A stretch of DNA of 64,000 bases from positions 372,001 through 436,000 of the forward strand of contig JAYWIR010000004.1 of assembly GCA_036172245.1 (NCBI GenBank), written 5' to 3'. How positions within the stretch are numbered: the stretch's first letter is position 1; each line of letters starts with the position of its first letter. The position numbers and the translations under genes are program-made. Under the pieces are notes generated by a model that saw only the letters and a list, made by a program, of their open reading frames with translations, had not been told where the DNA came from and did no database searches. The stretch is from Raillietiella orientalis. Taxonomy: Eukaryota. Below are positions 10,835 through 23,647 of the stretch, in pieces.

Positions 10835-13800
10835 GATCCTCCAAGTAGGGATTCGAACCGCAGCGCTTGGTACGAAGCGGGGGTGGCAGCAACCACATGG
10901 CCGGCAACACGGACAGCTCGGTTAGAATCGACGGAGAAAACGTACGCTTCGAAGGATCTCTCTGGCATCGGTGTCAGCGTTTGCCAAGCAACCTCAAAGA
11001 GCCGCTGTTAATGGATTTCCAAGGTCATCAGGATGAAGTTTCGGGCTCGAAAGCAGACTGGAATGTGAGAAACGCTTGCATTTGGGGTCTCGTCCCAACT
11101 TTGCAGGTAGGACTCTCCGTGGACAGGAGAGGAATATAGTGAAGAGAACGGAAGGAAGTGAGGAAAAGTAGCCGATGGCGTTTGCACGCTAGCAAAGGGC
11201 GGAGAAAAAAAAAAAAAGCAGTAGGAAAGGCAGATGCACTTTCCCGCGACTTCAGGCAAGCACAAGGCCGCAGCAGGCCATCACCGCAGCCATTGTCGCG
11301 CTCGAAGAGTTCCTTTCAAACAGGTAGCGATGTCCTCCTCGGAAGACGAGATTTTTGCCTCGAACGTGCTCTGCGGAGCAGGAATCCAGTAGCAGCAGGG
11401 TTTGAGGGCAATGACCACCTGATGGCTCAACTTTTGACAGCAGGCAACAATCGCACTCTGCTCCAGCTTCCGATTCAAACTTCCTCCCGTCTTCTCAGTC
11501 TATCTCTTAATTTTTTTTTTTTTCAAAAAAATAGGGATTTCCCTTACGGATGGTGACCCAGCCTATGCTTCCAGTGCATAGCACGGAAACATTGTGTGTT
11601 TGGGCGCGCCACTTTTTTTCCCGATTTGCTTCGCTTGCTTTTTGGAGATTTTCAATTTTTTCGACACTTAGTCATAAAACGGATGCCAAGATTACAGAGA
11701 TCCTACGGCTATTCCTCTTACTCTGATGGTCAGTCCTTAGTGAAGAGTCATTCGTCGACGTCCACTCTCCTTTTTTCGTTTTTCTCCTTCCAATGATGCT
11801 GATGAGTACTCGCGACGTCCCAGAATGAGTACCTTTCCTTCTCCTGAAGCACCATATTCGGTCTCGGTTTTGAGTTTGTTCCCGGAATCTGGCTGTCCGC
11901 TACCAAATCCCATTTTTTTAACACGTGTTTTCTGATTTGGGTTACCAATCCCTTATGCCTTTTCGTGACTGTACTTGTTGGAAAACACGTACAGTCACGA
12001 GCGTCGAGAGCATTGTGTCCTAGAAATTCTTTCCGTCTTCTGTACCTTCTGCATGGACGATCTGCGCCATTCCTAACAAAGGCGAACAGAAAATGACCCG
12101 AAGTCCGATGCTGCCCAACCCAGAGCATGGCTTTTCCTGTATCTAAGTGTTTTTCAGTCAGGAATGCCCATGTTGCCTTGAGTTGAATTCTTCTTAGGCT
12201 TGAGGTGATTTTCTACCTCGTACGCGCGTCGATCGTGAAATTGTCAAATGCCGTTTTGGGTACTTTTTTTCCCTACCTCCATTCCATCTTCATTCTTACG
12301 GACGCTTTCCCTCCCACCATCTGCATTCTTCTTATAGTCGTTCCCTGTGGACAGAAACTCTTCCGAGTCTTCATCTGCTCGTGATGCTCTTATCCTTCCT
12401 TTTTTTTTGTCACCTTTTACAGTGCTCTTTGGGGCAGATCCGATACTGTCAGGTCTTGAGAAGCTAACAACTTAAAGCAACCGCCATCTGCAAAATAATG
12501 GTAACCTGGGAAGGCCGAGGTGGTCCGTTGTCTGCTTTGTTTATCCTGATTTCTTTAATATCCCCGGTCGCTAGCGATATACAAGGCAAGGAAAGAAAGT
12601 CTTTCAGGGAGACTTCAGGGAGATAATCTGAGATCCATAATGGGAACTGGTTTCATTAAAATTTGGTGCTTAGTGAGCGTAGGCAGGAATGAATTAGAAA
12701 TTGCAAAGCCCTGCTTAAGCTAGATATTCTCTCCGAAGTCCAGTATCGAACGGCCACTTCCGCCGATCTTGAAGGTTTCCTTGATCTACTGGTTTCTTAG
12801 CTTCAAACTTCAGTGATGCACACTTTCTTCGGAGAAAGAAACGAATTCGTCGATTGTCTGAGATCCCTTTTCAGAATTCGTGAAACATCCGATGGCACTC
12901 ACACAGACCATCCTCTGACTCAGCTGTCAGTACCGGATCATCATCGACTGCTCTCTGTTCCTCCTGTCGTACGTAAAAGGGTAGAGTAGAGAAGGAATCC
13001 CTGTTTTATCCGTTGAGAACAGGACTATCCCTAGTGGCCTCTGATTGCTCTTGTACAAACGTGTACGCTTCTGTATGTTGTCCTCTGGTGATGTTTTCGA
13101 GCCTTTCTTCTCATAGGTCCATGTAGCAGCTCGTGCGGGATCGTTCCAAATGAATACGTGGGATCCATCAGCGCATGCACAGGTCTCGAGATGATCTTCC
13201 AGCGACGTCAAGTCCGGCTTGCTCCATATAATGGAGCTCTCAAGCAAAACTTTCTGCTGCTGCCAGAAGATTACCCGACGACTTCGTTGCAGAATCACCC
13301 TCGAGGTCTTCCATTTTGCATGCCGATCGAAACTGCTCTCACGTTTTTCCCCCCTGGAGCTGACATTGATCCTGGGAACAAGATTGAGTGCTTCTGATAC
13401 ATCCGAGTGCCAGTATATGTTGTATATATATATTTTTTTTTGGGAGGGGAGGGGGAAGAGAGGGGGCATTGTTGCTTGTAGATCCACCGAATTCTGACCA
13501 TTGTAGGAGGTTCCATAGGGCTCCAGGGAGGTCTTTTCTGGAGTATATGGTGTTGAAGCCACCTCGTATCCCTTGAACGGCGTAAGATCAATCGGTGTTT
13601 CTGCAGTGTTCCTTTTTAACCTCATGTTCTCCAGCATCTAAGGAGTCTCGGGATGATTTTTCTTCTTCAAGAGTGCGCACAAACTGCTCTTCCATTTCTT
13701 TGATGGAGATTCTACAGTTTAGCTGTAGTTTGCGGCAGGATCGCCCTACTGCGCCTTTTTCAGCTGATCCGTGAAATTTGGTGCTTCTTTCCGATTCATC

Positions 13801-14000
13801 GGATCTCTCCGCTTCCTCTTTGATATTCCCTGATCCGTTTTCTTACCAAGACGTTATGGACTTTTTGCTTTCAATTCTGTCAGTTCTGTTTCGGTCGCCC
13901 AGCACTCCGCATCGTTTAGTTCCTGGAATCTCATCCTCATATTTACAAACTCTTGCAAAGAATCCTTCATACCTCTATTGCTTCTCTGTCTTCTCTGCTT
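10835..14000 (-). mobile_element. Decayed L1/Tx1-like non-LTR retrotransposon (APE endonuclease + RT)
   Basis: IIWSKPDLTSLEDH and RPLGIVLF (APE-like PDI..LQETH and RGVAIL) lie in ORF 12927-13637. Downstream: GSIGWVTIRKGNP (~11540), TGFLLRR (~11370), GTRPQ..AFEP (G.RQG..EP, ~11050-11095). Confidence 0.5.
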
Positions 14001-14539
14001 TCATTTCTTCCTTTTTCTTTTGAAAATCCCAAACTAAATTTTACTGACCAACGAAATAATAGATCTGGTCAACACAAGATGCACGGTTGTGCTTCGTTCG
14101 CCGCGATGCGGACTCGTCGACCCAAGATGGAGGGACTGGAGGCTGAACTCTGCTTTCGGATAGATCATTTCTCACATCAGTTTGTCTTTCCACCTCGAAT
14201 TGAGTGGCGTCATTCCGGATGCATGATGCAGCAGTAGCCAGCGCTTCAGACTCACGGCCTCGTGTTTCACGCGAACGCTGCTGCAAATTGCACCGCTGCT
14301 CAGCTGCACTTTGAGGTGCTTCTTCCTTACGCTCGAGGTTGGAGGTCAGCCTTCCCTTTTTCTTTCTAGCCCAGTTTTGCTTTCGAGAATAGCTTCGAGT
14401 TTGCTATCCCCTTTCCCTCTCCGGGTGCTCCTCCTCGTCTTTTGTCATCGGCCATAGAGGGTACCTTAAATTCTGCTTTCCTATCCAAGACTTATGACCA
14501 CCTGAGTCAATCAGATCAGAGAAGCGAATGAAGGGAAAT

Positions 14540-15430
14540 GGGAGACGGTAACTTATGGAGACTGGCCGATGCCGGAGATCGTCTCGAGAAGCCGGAGACT
14601 GGACTTCGGGCCTCTGAAACGAAGGTCGGGTCATCATGGGCGACGTTTTCTGCCCTTGCGAAAAATTGGCGAGACTTCAGGAAGAATTGCTGCAAGGGAA
14701 GGCGGACATATGCTGGGAACTGTTCCTCTCCCGCTTCCGAAGGAGTACCAGAAACGGTGCCAGCATTAAAGACAGGGTCCATGGGGTCCCGGTTCAGAAG
14801 AAGTTCCTAGGAAAGGTAGAGGTTCTTCGCAACTCGTGCAGCACGCAGACCACGGAGGATGGTCGAGTTTCGAAGCGCGGCGCAGTCGTCGTTACGTGCA
14901 CTGGGCGCCCAGGCTACCATTCAGCAAGAAAACTGACCACAGTTCCCACAAACTAAGTGTCAATGCTCACCAGCTGAAGAGTCCTTCTTTCCACGGCGTC
15001 TCCCCGAATTATCTTGGTGAAGAGAGATCTGTGGTCTTAGCAGACGGAAACAGAAACGATGAGGAGAGCCAAAGGGCATCGTGATGCTTGAGGGCAAGAT
15101 CAAGAAGAGAAGAACGAGCTCAAGATGGAGTAACTGGGTAATAGGGAACCAACCGAGTCTCAGAACCAAGTCTGCCTCCTAGGCCATTAATCTTATCCTA
15201 CGAGGAACACCGGAATGCGCGCGTGTGCATGAGTGGAGTGATAGATGATCCCAAGACTAAAACCAATAAGCTGATGGAGGGTGAAAGAGAATTTCAGGAA
15301 GCGGGGACAAATGAGAGAAGCTTAGGGGGAGATCTTCCAAGCAGAGCATCTCAGAATCGCTATTCAGAGGGGCGGCCGCCGGTTGACCAGCCTCAAAACA
15401 ACGAACCACCCTGCGTCCTGCTCACTTCCT
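14540..15430 (+). mobile_element. Decayed DIRS tyrosine recombinase remnant
   Basis: SALAKNWRDFRKNC (cf. Y...W..F..WC), HQLKSPSFHGVSPNYL (cf. L..PPFEPL) and AHFL (cf. AHST). Confidence 0.45.
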
Positions 15431-15439
15431 CGACCGATC

Positions 15440-18150
15440 AAGGCGCGCCCGAGTCAGCGCCTTTTCTCAGCCAGATGCCATGGAGGTAGGAGCGAAGGAG
15501 ACGACCAGCAATTGCGGAGGCAGGAAACGGCTGCTCCCGAAGAGGGAGGGTAATTCTCGTGACTCTCGGGCACTCGCGTGCCTTGAGGCTGCGAGGCTCC
15601 ATACACATGTTCCTCCAGCTCCTGATGCGCGGCGGGTGAACCGCGGGCGTCCTCTGCCTGGCCATGATAGAGGGCATGCCGTCCGGCGAGTGCGCCCACT
15701 TTCGAGACGGCGGGCCCGTGGCGCGGACTCCTTTGGGGCCTCCGCGCTCCTCGCGTTCGGGGTGCGTGGCTTGCTCCGAGGAGACCCCCGAGACGACTCT
15801 GAGGAAAGAACTCCCGACAGCCAACAGCCCTTCATTCCAACTGCTTCTCTTCCTTCTGGATTCTCTTCGCGTTTCAGGGATGCGTGAAGGTCGGTCGCAT
15901 TGCCGTTCCCCCCTTCAGGAAAAGTTTCCGGGGGAAGTTGCCTCCCGTCCGCGTCCTCTTTGATGGCGGATCGCGAAATTTTCTGCGGGCGCCACGGATT
16001 CCGGCCTGTGGAGGGAGTGGCGGAGCGGACCCTCCTTGGCAGGTCAAACGCGACCCCCCAAGGAGTGAGTAGTTAGGATGGAGCCGTCGTCCGCGGGAGG
16101 GCGCCAACGCGGGGCGGAGCGCGCCCTCGTGCCATGTAGGTGGAGGTCTCTGCGGAAAGACCACGCGTCGCTCGGAACGCCGCCCCGAGGAGGCAACGGC
16201 GCTTCGTCCGAGTCCGTTTTGAGCGACCGCCGCGTGGCGATGGTGGACGGACGCATGCCGCCCTCTCCGTTGCCCCGTCGAAGGGCTCCCACCCGCGCCG
16301 TTTCCGGTCTGGACAATGCCACGCGCTCCCGCCCGCCGGCAAGGAAGTGGCGGCGACGAGAACCTGGCTGCCCTCCGGCCGCACCGCCGCCGTCTGTCCG
16401 ACCTCTCGCCCGTTCTCCCCGGCCGCCGGGAGCAAGAGAGGGCGGGAGCGCCAGGAGAGACGCGGACCCGCGCAGAGACCACGGAATGGATAGGTGCCTC
16501 TCACGGGGTCACGTCGCGGTTCGTTGCCGAGGCGGGAGCTGCGAGAACGTCTCTTGCGGGCATGACGGAGGTCTTTTGAGGGCGGGCATCCGACTCGAAG
16601 GATTCTTTTGGGAGAATGCAAAAGAGACAAGAAGCCTCGTCGCTAGCTCTAGGAGGTGCTCCTCGGCAGAATCGGGCCCAGAGAAAAGCCCAGCGCCACT
16701 TCTGCTAATTGAAAGAGTGCGGCACCCGCTTCCGCACTTTGCACTGAAGACACCAGTGGGCACAATCGCGCTAACTTTACGCGTCAGAACTCCTAAAAGA
16801 TCAGCCGGATGGTTTAAGAAAAAAGAAAAACGGAGAGGAGGAGGGGACATGAAATCTTTAAGCTCGTAAGACGTGATGTGTAATTTTGCCTCGGGCAAAC
16901 CATCGCAATTTCCTCTCAGAATGGTGTTCGTCTCTGGATGCGACTTCTTGTGCTGACCAGCTTCACGACTGCATCATCACCAGTCTACCCGCATCACCTC
17001 TTCACGGTTCGACTCTTCTGGATGCGGGAGGCAAAAAACGGGGTTAGAGAAAAACGGGATCTTCCTTTAATGCAGAAGGGAATTGCATGCGTCGTCCAGC
17101 AACCGCTGTTGTATCAAAAGTAAAGCATGAGATCCAGTTTCATCCAGTCGTCTCAGGAGAAAGTCTTTTTTTTTTTGGCTTGTAAGTACGAGTGACGCTG
17201 AGCCAACAGCGCCACGAAGAAATGAAGTTGCAGACATCAACTTCAGTTTTCCTTTTCAGCAAAGAGCAAGCTGCCCAGTGCTTTCGAGTCTCACGGGACT
17301 TTTAAAAGAAATCTCTCGAAGAGCTCCTCTTATACTTGGACCTAATTCCCCGTTTACTAATTGTTCAAGACCTTTGCATTTTTCTCAGCGTAGCCTCCAG
17401 GAAAGTTTTCCTCGGGCACCGCCACAATTTCTTCTACTGGAGACGATTCCACGAGGACTTGCGGTGTTCCACCCAATGGCTGCTGAGATTTGTTCTCCAC
17501 CCTAGTGATACGGGGTCTTCTACGGTAACGGAACTTGGACTTCCGTATCTCAAATTGAAAAAAAATCTTCAAACGAGAAAACTGGAAATGCTCAGTGACA
17601 TCACGACAGCAGTTCCTTTGTTGTTCGGGGGAGACTCAGGAGGTTCCCTTGCCAACCGCTCTCTTCGCTTCTCGAGAAAGCCATTTTCGATGTTTCTACA
17701 GTACGAGGAGAGATGCGCCACCACCGCCGGTCCGCTTGGATCTGTAGATACTTTCCATGGTATCCTTGACTCTCCTGCCAACTCTCCCTTGTTTGAAGCC
17801 CTCCATCGCAATGCCAACTTCCACGAAAAGAAGAATCCCCCGGCGTGCTTGGTGGATTCGGCTCCTTGACAACCGTTTTCGAATAGGAAGTTCGTGCTTG
17901 GAGTCAGAAAACGAAAAAAAGGTGGAAGAAACCAAGTCCGAAACAGGAGAGCAGTCGTGCACTCACCGGTGAGGAGGAATCTGGCTCTGTAGACCCAGCA
18001 TGACTCGTTTTTATGGAGTTCGCACGTGCGCTATGCGGCCCGGTGGCGGGCAGAGTTGTGGTTTCTCGTGTTCCGTTGCCTGGCCCGAGTGAATGGGGTG
18101 CCTGACAGAGCGAGCCAGAGCGCGTGCTCCGGATGAAACACACTGTACCG
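15440..18150 (-). mobile_element. Decayed DIRS-like retrotransposon (RT-RH-MT-YR)
   Basis: GLGFFHLFFV (cf. GFYS.LFLV, ~17920), SIYRSKRTGGG (cf. YQF.ALPFG, ~17730), FMSPPP (~16845), YSLLGGSR (~16050) and KWAHS (~15695). Confidence 0.45.
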
Positions 18151-19686
18151 CTTTTGCACCGACGAAGCGGGGACGAAAGACCTTTTCCCGGGAAAAGGGG
18201 GGGGGGAGATCGGGGAGGCTGCGAGAAGAACCGCCGCGGTGATCGAGGAACGGGATGCGCGGGTGGTTTCTGCAGTGCAGCTTTGTGATTTTCTTTGAGT
18301 CATTCGAGCATATAAACTTATAGGTCGCCATCAGGTTATCATATATGCCTGCTCGATCTTCCTCAGTAAAACCGAAAACAGTAAGATTTAAGAAGGTTTC
18401 ATCTAAGTCACTTTCAGCGATTACTCCTCATCTGTGTTCCCTTCCAATAGTTCTTTTCATTCTCCGCTGCCTTTACTGTTTCTCTGCGTTTTTAGATATG
18501 CCACTCAACGGATTCTCCAGAACCAAAGACCGGTTTTGTTGTAGGTATGGATTGGATACAAGTTACAGCAAATATCTCTTTCTTCGATCGGTCTTCTTCC
18601 ATCTCTTTCTGTCTTCCATGTGACTGTAGCTTACTCGGACGACCTCTCGGTAGCTGACAGCTGAAAAACGAAAGACCTCTCTGAATTAAAAAAAAAAAAA
18701 AAAAAACTGCGGTGCAATTTTTGGCATGTTCACTGTCCCCACTTCTCCGGAGAAAAAAAAAATAAGTACGTGGATTCTATGTAATACTTAAAATGGTGGA
18801 TGCCTTATTCAGAAAAAGCTGTCCAATCGGTCATCGATTTGAGAACTTATCTTCCAAGACATGTTGCTTGAGACCAGAAAGCACTTTGGAAGAAGGAAAG
18901 GGTCATAGTTCCAGAAACTACTATATTTCCTACTACGCGTTAATCAGACTGCCCTTAAGTCTCCACCGCTACCTCAAATGTAATAGCCTACGGTCAGGGG
19001 GAAAAATCGACATCGGACGTTCACAAAAGGCATCTATCAAATTATAAAGAAACGATGCATGAACTGATTATCTCGACGTCTCAGATTTTGGGAATGCTTT
19101 ATGTTTACAAAATGTAAACTATTACACCCGGCAGACCAGGAATGAAAACATTCAACCAAGAAGAAATAAACAAAATATCCATTATTGAAGAATTATAGGC
19201 ACGAGATAGATAATGAGCTCCGAGAGAAAGTCAACTGATGTATCTTTGTTTCAAGTTGACCTTAGGGTTAGCAGAAAACCCGTTTGAATAGTAGAAGTGA
19301 AATCATCTTCGAGAAATGCATAAAAGCAAACAGCAAGGAATCGAATGGAAATCAATGCCTTGCTTACTCAACATCTATTTCTTTATTTTACCCTTTTTTG
19401 TATCGTTTTTTGTGTATGTCTTGTGATTTGTGGATTGATGCATTTATCACGAGAAAGCTCTGCATGTTCTCCTCAGGAAAAAATATGCGTTTAATAAAAG
19501 ACACATTAATCAGAGATTCTATTGAATACACTTCAAAAAGTCAGCATGAATCTGTATATATATATATATGTGTATATCTTTTTTTTGGCAGAAGGCAAAG
19601 ATGCAACATGAGCTCATAAAGGTGTACACATTCAATCCAGCTATGTTAAAACTAGAATAATACTATGATTTTATTAATATATGCTG

Positions 19687-20478
19687 AATGTCTTTGTGGT
19701 TGGTAGATATGAGTCATCGTTGAATTAGGTTCATAAGATTTTATGTTCCTAACTTAAAAGGTTAGTAGTTTTATTTAACTTATTATCTTTAAGGAGCAGT
19801 TGGGTAGGGTAAAATGGCTGAGTAAAGTGGTAAAGTTTAAATTTATTAATGATGAAATCTTTTACCATTAATTCGGATGATAGTGGTGTTCTTGAGTTTA
19901 TAGAATTGCAAGTTCTATGTTATGTAAGAATTGATTTTGTTCTAATGGGTACAAGGTAGTGTAGGATGGGGTCTCCAGCTCCTATTGGGTCGAAGAAGGA
20001 TGAGTTGAAGTTTCGATCAAATAGGAGTATAGTGACGGCTCCTGCTAGAACGGGTAGGGCTAGGATTAATAGAACTGCGGTAATGAGGATTGATCATGGG
20101 AAGAGGGGTATTTAGGAGAGAGAGATATTTGAGGGGCGTATGTTGATGATGGTGGGAGTAAAGTTAATGGCTCTTAGGATGGATGAGATTCTAGCTAGGT
20201 GGAGAGAGAAAATGGCTAGATCGATTCTTACGGATGGTCTAAAGGGGGTTCTAGTAAGGGGAGGATACAAGGTTCATCCTGCTCTTGGTCCTTTTGAGTA
20301 TAAGATACTGAGGAGTAGTATGGAGAAGGATGGGGGATAGTAGTCAAAATCTGAAGTTATTGAGTCGTGGGGATGCTATGTCTGGGGTACCGAGTATGAG
20401 AGGGGTGAGCCAATTGCCAAATCCTCACATTATGGTGGGTATGACTAGGAAGAAGATTATGGTTAGGGCGTGAGCGGC
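19687..20478 (-). pseudogene. cox1: NUMT: cox1 internal fragment (20478-~19955), then nad2 3' end, trnW and cox1 5' end
   Basis: Invertebrate mitochondrial code gives [72 protein letters not shown], with frameshifts. Separately, MNLIQRWLMSTNHKDI at 19734-19687. Confidence 0.95.
19735..19789 (-). tRNA. trnW: Mitochondrial trnW pseudogene within the NUMT, lacking a T arm
   Basis: aagataa-taagttaaataaaacta-ctaac-cttttaa-gttag-gaacata-aaatctt. It has a typical arthropod trnW D arm and anticodon stem, a loop mutated from cttcaaa, and only a short TV loop. Confidence 0.65.
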
Positions 20479-21779
20479 ATTTGAAATTTCATTTATCGGA
20501 ATTCAGGAAAATCAGTTCGAATGTCTTTCGACTTCATGGTAAACACAAAATTCATCAATTTACTTGCTGAAGTGTTCTTGTGGCCACTGGAATCTGTATG
20601 ATTGAGGCTCAGATATCGGCTATGAACTCAGCGTAAGATTTGAGTTTGTCTCAAAATTCTGTAGTTGGCAAAATCATGAAAGAGAGACAGAGAACGCTTG
20701 TGATCGAAGAAACAAGCGAAGAGAACTCATGAATGCAGTTCTTTCAGTTATGATGTTTTTTTTTCTTCCACAAGATCAGTTATCAAGTGACTTCATAAGT
20801 AATAGTGAGATACTGCATCAAGGAGGTGTTATCTCAAAAGTAATAGTAGGTGATTTCATCTGAACACATGATTTCCCCTTCATCTCTTCCAGCAGATATG
20901 TCTGTCTTAAACATTAATTTTCGGCTTATACTGATTTAAAGCTATTTTTGAACGACATTCACGTTCAAGCAAACTCTTTCTTTTCGACGAGCCTCCCTTT
21001 AAAAAAGGACAAAAATTCGTGCTCTTCCTTGAGAATAATTGCAAATCGTGCAACACGGTTTAGTGCGTGTGAGAGAGAAATTTACTGACTCTATTTGTGG
21101 TGGCAACACTTTTCTAAAGTAACGATCGTTTAAGGACAGTACAAATGTTGACGATACACGGATTCCACACTCACAAAAATGAAAAGTGAATGAAATTGAA
21201 TTAATCTTGACCGTAGGAACTTAATGGCTCACACGGTTGTCTCTACAGTTTTCAGTCTTCGATTTGAGTGGATAAGCGATGGTTGCATTATTTTGTTGCC
21301 AGCAAATAATTCCAGGAACTGGATCAAAACCTCTCTTCACTTGGCTGCAATCATGAAAGTACACATGGTTGATGTCACATTCTGAACCAAAATGCAATCG
21401 AATATTGAATCGAAGACTTAATTACTCTCTTAATATTCCATCACGATACGCTTAATTGCGGAAGCTGATATCTGTACCATCCCAACTCTGAAAGAGCGGC
21501 TCTTTGACATTTCGCACGAGGAGCTCGAGTTTGTTTTGCTTTCGGTAACTCCTCTTGAAATGGCAGCTTAGGAATTTTTGCTGCTTCTAGGCTGACCGTT
21601 TTGCTTTAATCAGCAGTGACACCTTGCAATGCTTTTAATTCTCCGTGAATCGAAGCCACAGAATGTTCAGGTTTTCCAAAAATGAGCACACAAGAATATT
21701 CTGTGAAACTGCACTCTACTTGAAGGAGAAACTGTACTTGTTGCAAGGAATATTGTATTTGTTGAGTTTGAAGGTTGAA

Positions 21780-22740
21780 AATAGGTGCACACACATGATA
21801 CGAACAATTGCTGGAATGTAATCTGAACGGTAGATTCAGGTAACTGCAGAGTGTGCACATAACGTTGTATCATGTGTGATATAACACACACGGGATTATT
21901 GCACGTACGTCGATCTCACACATGGAAAAGTCAGGAGCGACCCATTGCTCGGTTGATGCTGCGGGCGCGACCGGTGCAAGAAGTGGTTGTTGCTGTGCCT
22001 TCCGCCATCGACCCATAAATCCCAACAGTCTTTCCACTTCACCGGAAAAGAACCTTCGCCATGCTTTGGTATGTTTTTCGTTTAATAGCTTTGACGTTGT
22101 TACAAACAGAATGCAATGAATGCAATACGGCACGCACGCCAGCAAATTCTCGTTTTCAAAGAGTGACAAGGTTTGCCAGTTTGAAAAATTAGCCTCGAGT
22201 TGAAATCAAAGGGCACGTGCGTGAAACCCTTGCTCCATCACCGAGCTGCACCCGCCAAGCTTTGAACCCAAATAGAGTGCATCGACTTTTTCGACAATTT
22301 GGAAATTTTATGTTTATTTCACTTCCGTGAGGAATCTGAAGTGACCCACGAGGTGCCATGGTAAAGCATACCGTGAAGTAATCAGAACAGAATTTGAAAT
22401 AGCCGCAGATAGAATTTTTGGAATCCGAATCGATCCAATGTGCGCCCGAACAAGAAGGTACCACAAGAAAATGAACCAATCTCTTAATAGTAAACCCTCT
22501 CATCAACTTCAAACCCATAATAATCATCGTAATATCTATCTCCTATCTCCTCAACCCCTAAACATAAAATGAAAAATTTTATTCCATTAAAATTCTAAAA
22601 TACTCTTCTTACTGACAACTCCATCCACCCCTTATCAATTATCCCCCTAACTATACTCGCATGCATTAACCAATCTCTTAATAGTAAACCCTCTCAACAA
22701 AGTGAAAACAAACACCCGTGTACTGCTTTGGATAATGCTC
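21780..22740 (-). pseudogene. IAP-like (BIR-BIR-RING) intronless fossil, split by the nad5 NUMT
   Basis: BIR1: CGYFKFCSDYFTVCF...IKFPNC. BIR2: RCTLFGFKAW..G*FF..YCIHC..KHTK. RING: SMCEIDVRAIIPC..H...MCTLC...C.YHVC. Stops are present and some zinc ligands are lost. Confidence 0.45.
22474..22696 (-). pseudogene. nad5: NUMT: nad5 3' fragment with a 29-bp direct repeat at both ends
   Basis: Strong mitochondrial strand skew. GMIDKGWME matches the ND5 C-terminal D.GW.E motif. aaccaatctcttaatagtaaaccctctca occurs at 22474-22502 and 22668-22696. Confidence 0.7.
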
Positions 22741-23647
22741 AAGAAGAATTGGCCATCTGAAGAACACAAGAACTGGACATACCTTGCCAGAACCAGTTGG
22801 TTATCACCTTTTATTTTCAAAATCAACAAGTTGCTATTCTGTAAATATTTTCCATATTAAGTTCCAGCTCTCAAATTTCATGCTAACAAAATGATCTTCA
22901 TAAACTAGAAAGTTATCCGCAGAAGTTCTGTATCTCAAATACATTATGAATTCCAAGAATTTAAAATCTTTATAAAATTCTTAGGTCTCATATTTAGTGT
23001 GAAGAATGAATGGTAAACACACCTGCTTTGTTTATGTTCATTAATGTATTGCGATATGTTACTTAACTAATTACCGAAAAGAATGTAAAATTTGAATATG
23101 AAAATTTATCCTGTAAATCTCATTACCAAGGATTCGTGACTGCATGATGTATTTGCCGTTCTTTTCCCCTCCTTGGATGTATCCCCACACTGGCAAAGTT
23201 GATACAAGTGAAACCTGTGAGTGTAGTATGCAACGTTGACACACAAATGTAATCAGCACATAAAACCCATAACAATGTTGTAATTGGTAATTTACCGGTT
23301 ATCAATATGGATGCTGGATTATAAAATGTGCAATAGCAACACCTAGATTCTTTTAGATATGAATTCACAAAAACACTCTTGTAAACAGATGTGAAACTCA
23401 CACTAATATTCTTTAAAATTAGATTGTGAGCATTCCAAAAATTAAACACTAGATTTCAAGCAATTACTAAGATTTTTGAAAATACCCATTTCACAAAAGT
23501 TTACTGCTTGGATTATTCTAACCAGTAATAAAAAAAGAAAACTGATCTTTTGCCATGCAGATTGAAAGTAAATAGTTGATTGCAATTCAAGTTTTATGTA
23601 CTACTATACATTGCAGACTGGTTGTTTGAATCCAGATTTAAACTTAC

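Larger units (their letters stand above)
18800..21200 (-). pseudogene. Possible NACHT NTPase (NLR-like) fossil interrupted by a NUMT
   Basis: Weak motif echoes in NACHT order: FAIILKEEHE (Walker B position, ~21030), K.EFA..NVV (~20960), ELS.DKC (~19450) and IDFHSI (~19345). Very degenerate. Confidence 0.25.

Noticed and set aside
12927..13637. 236-aa ORF as a host gene
   Set aside because: It contains homopolymer and microsatellite-derived segments and LINE endonuclease echoes, so it was treated as part of a LINE fossil.
19687..20478. Genuine mitochondrial genome or functional cox1
   Set aside because: Frameshifts, permuted order and nuclear flanks indicate a NUMT.
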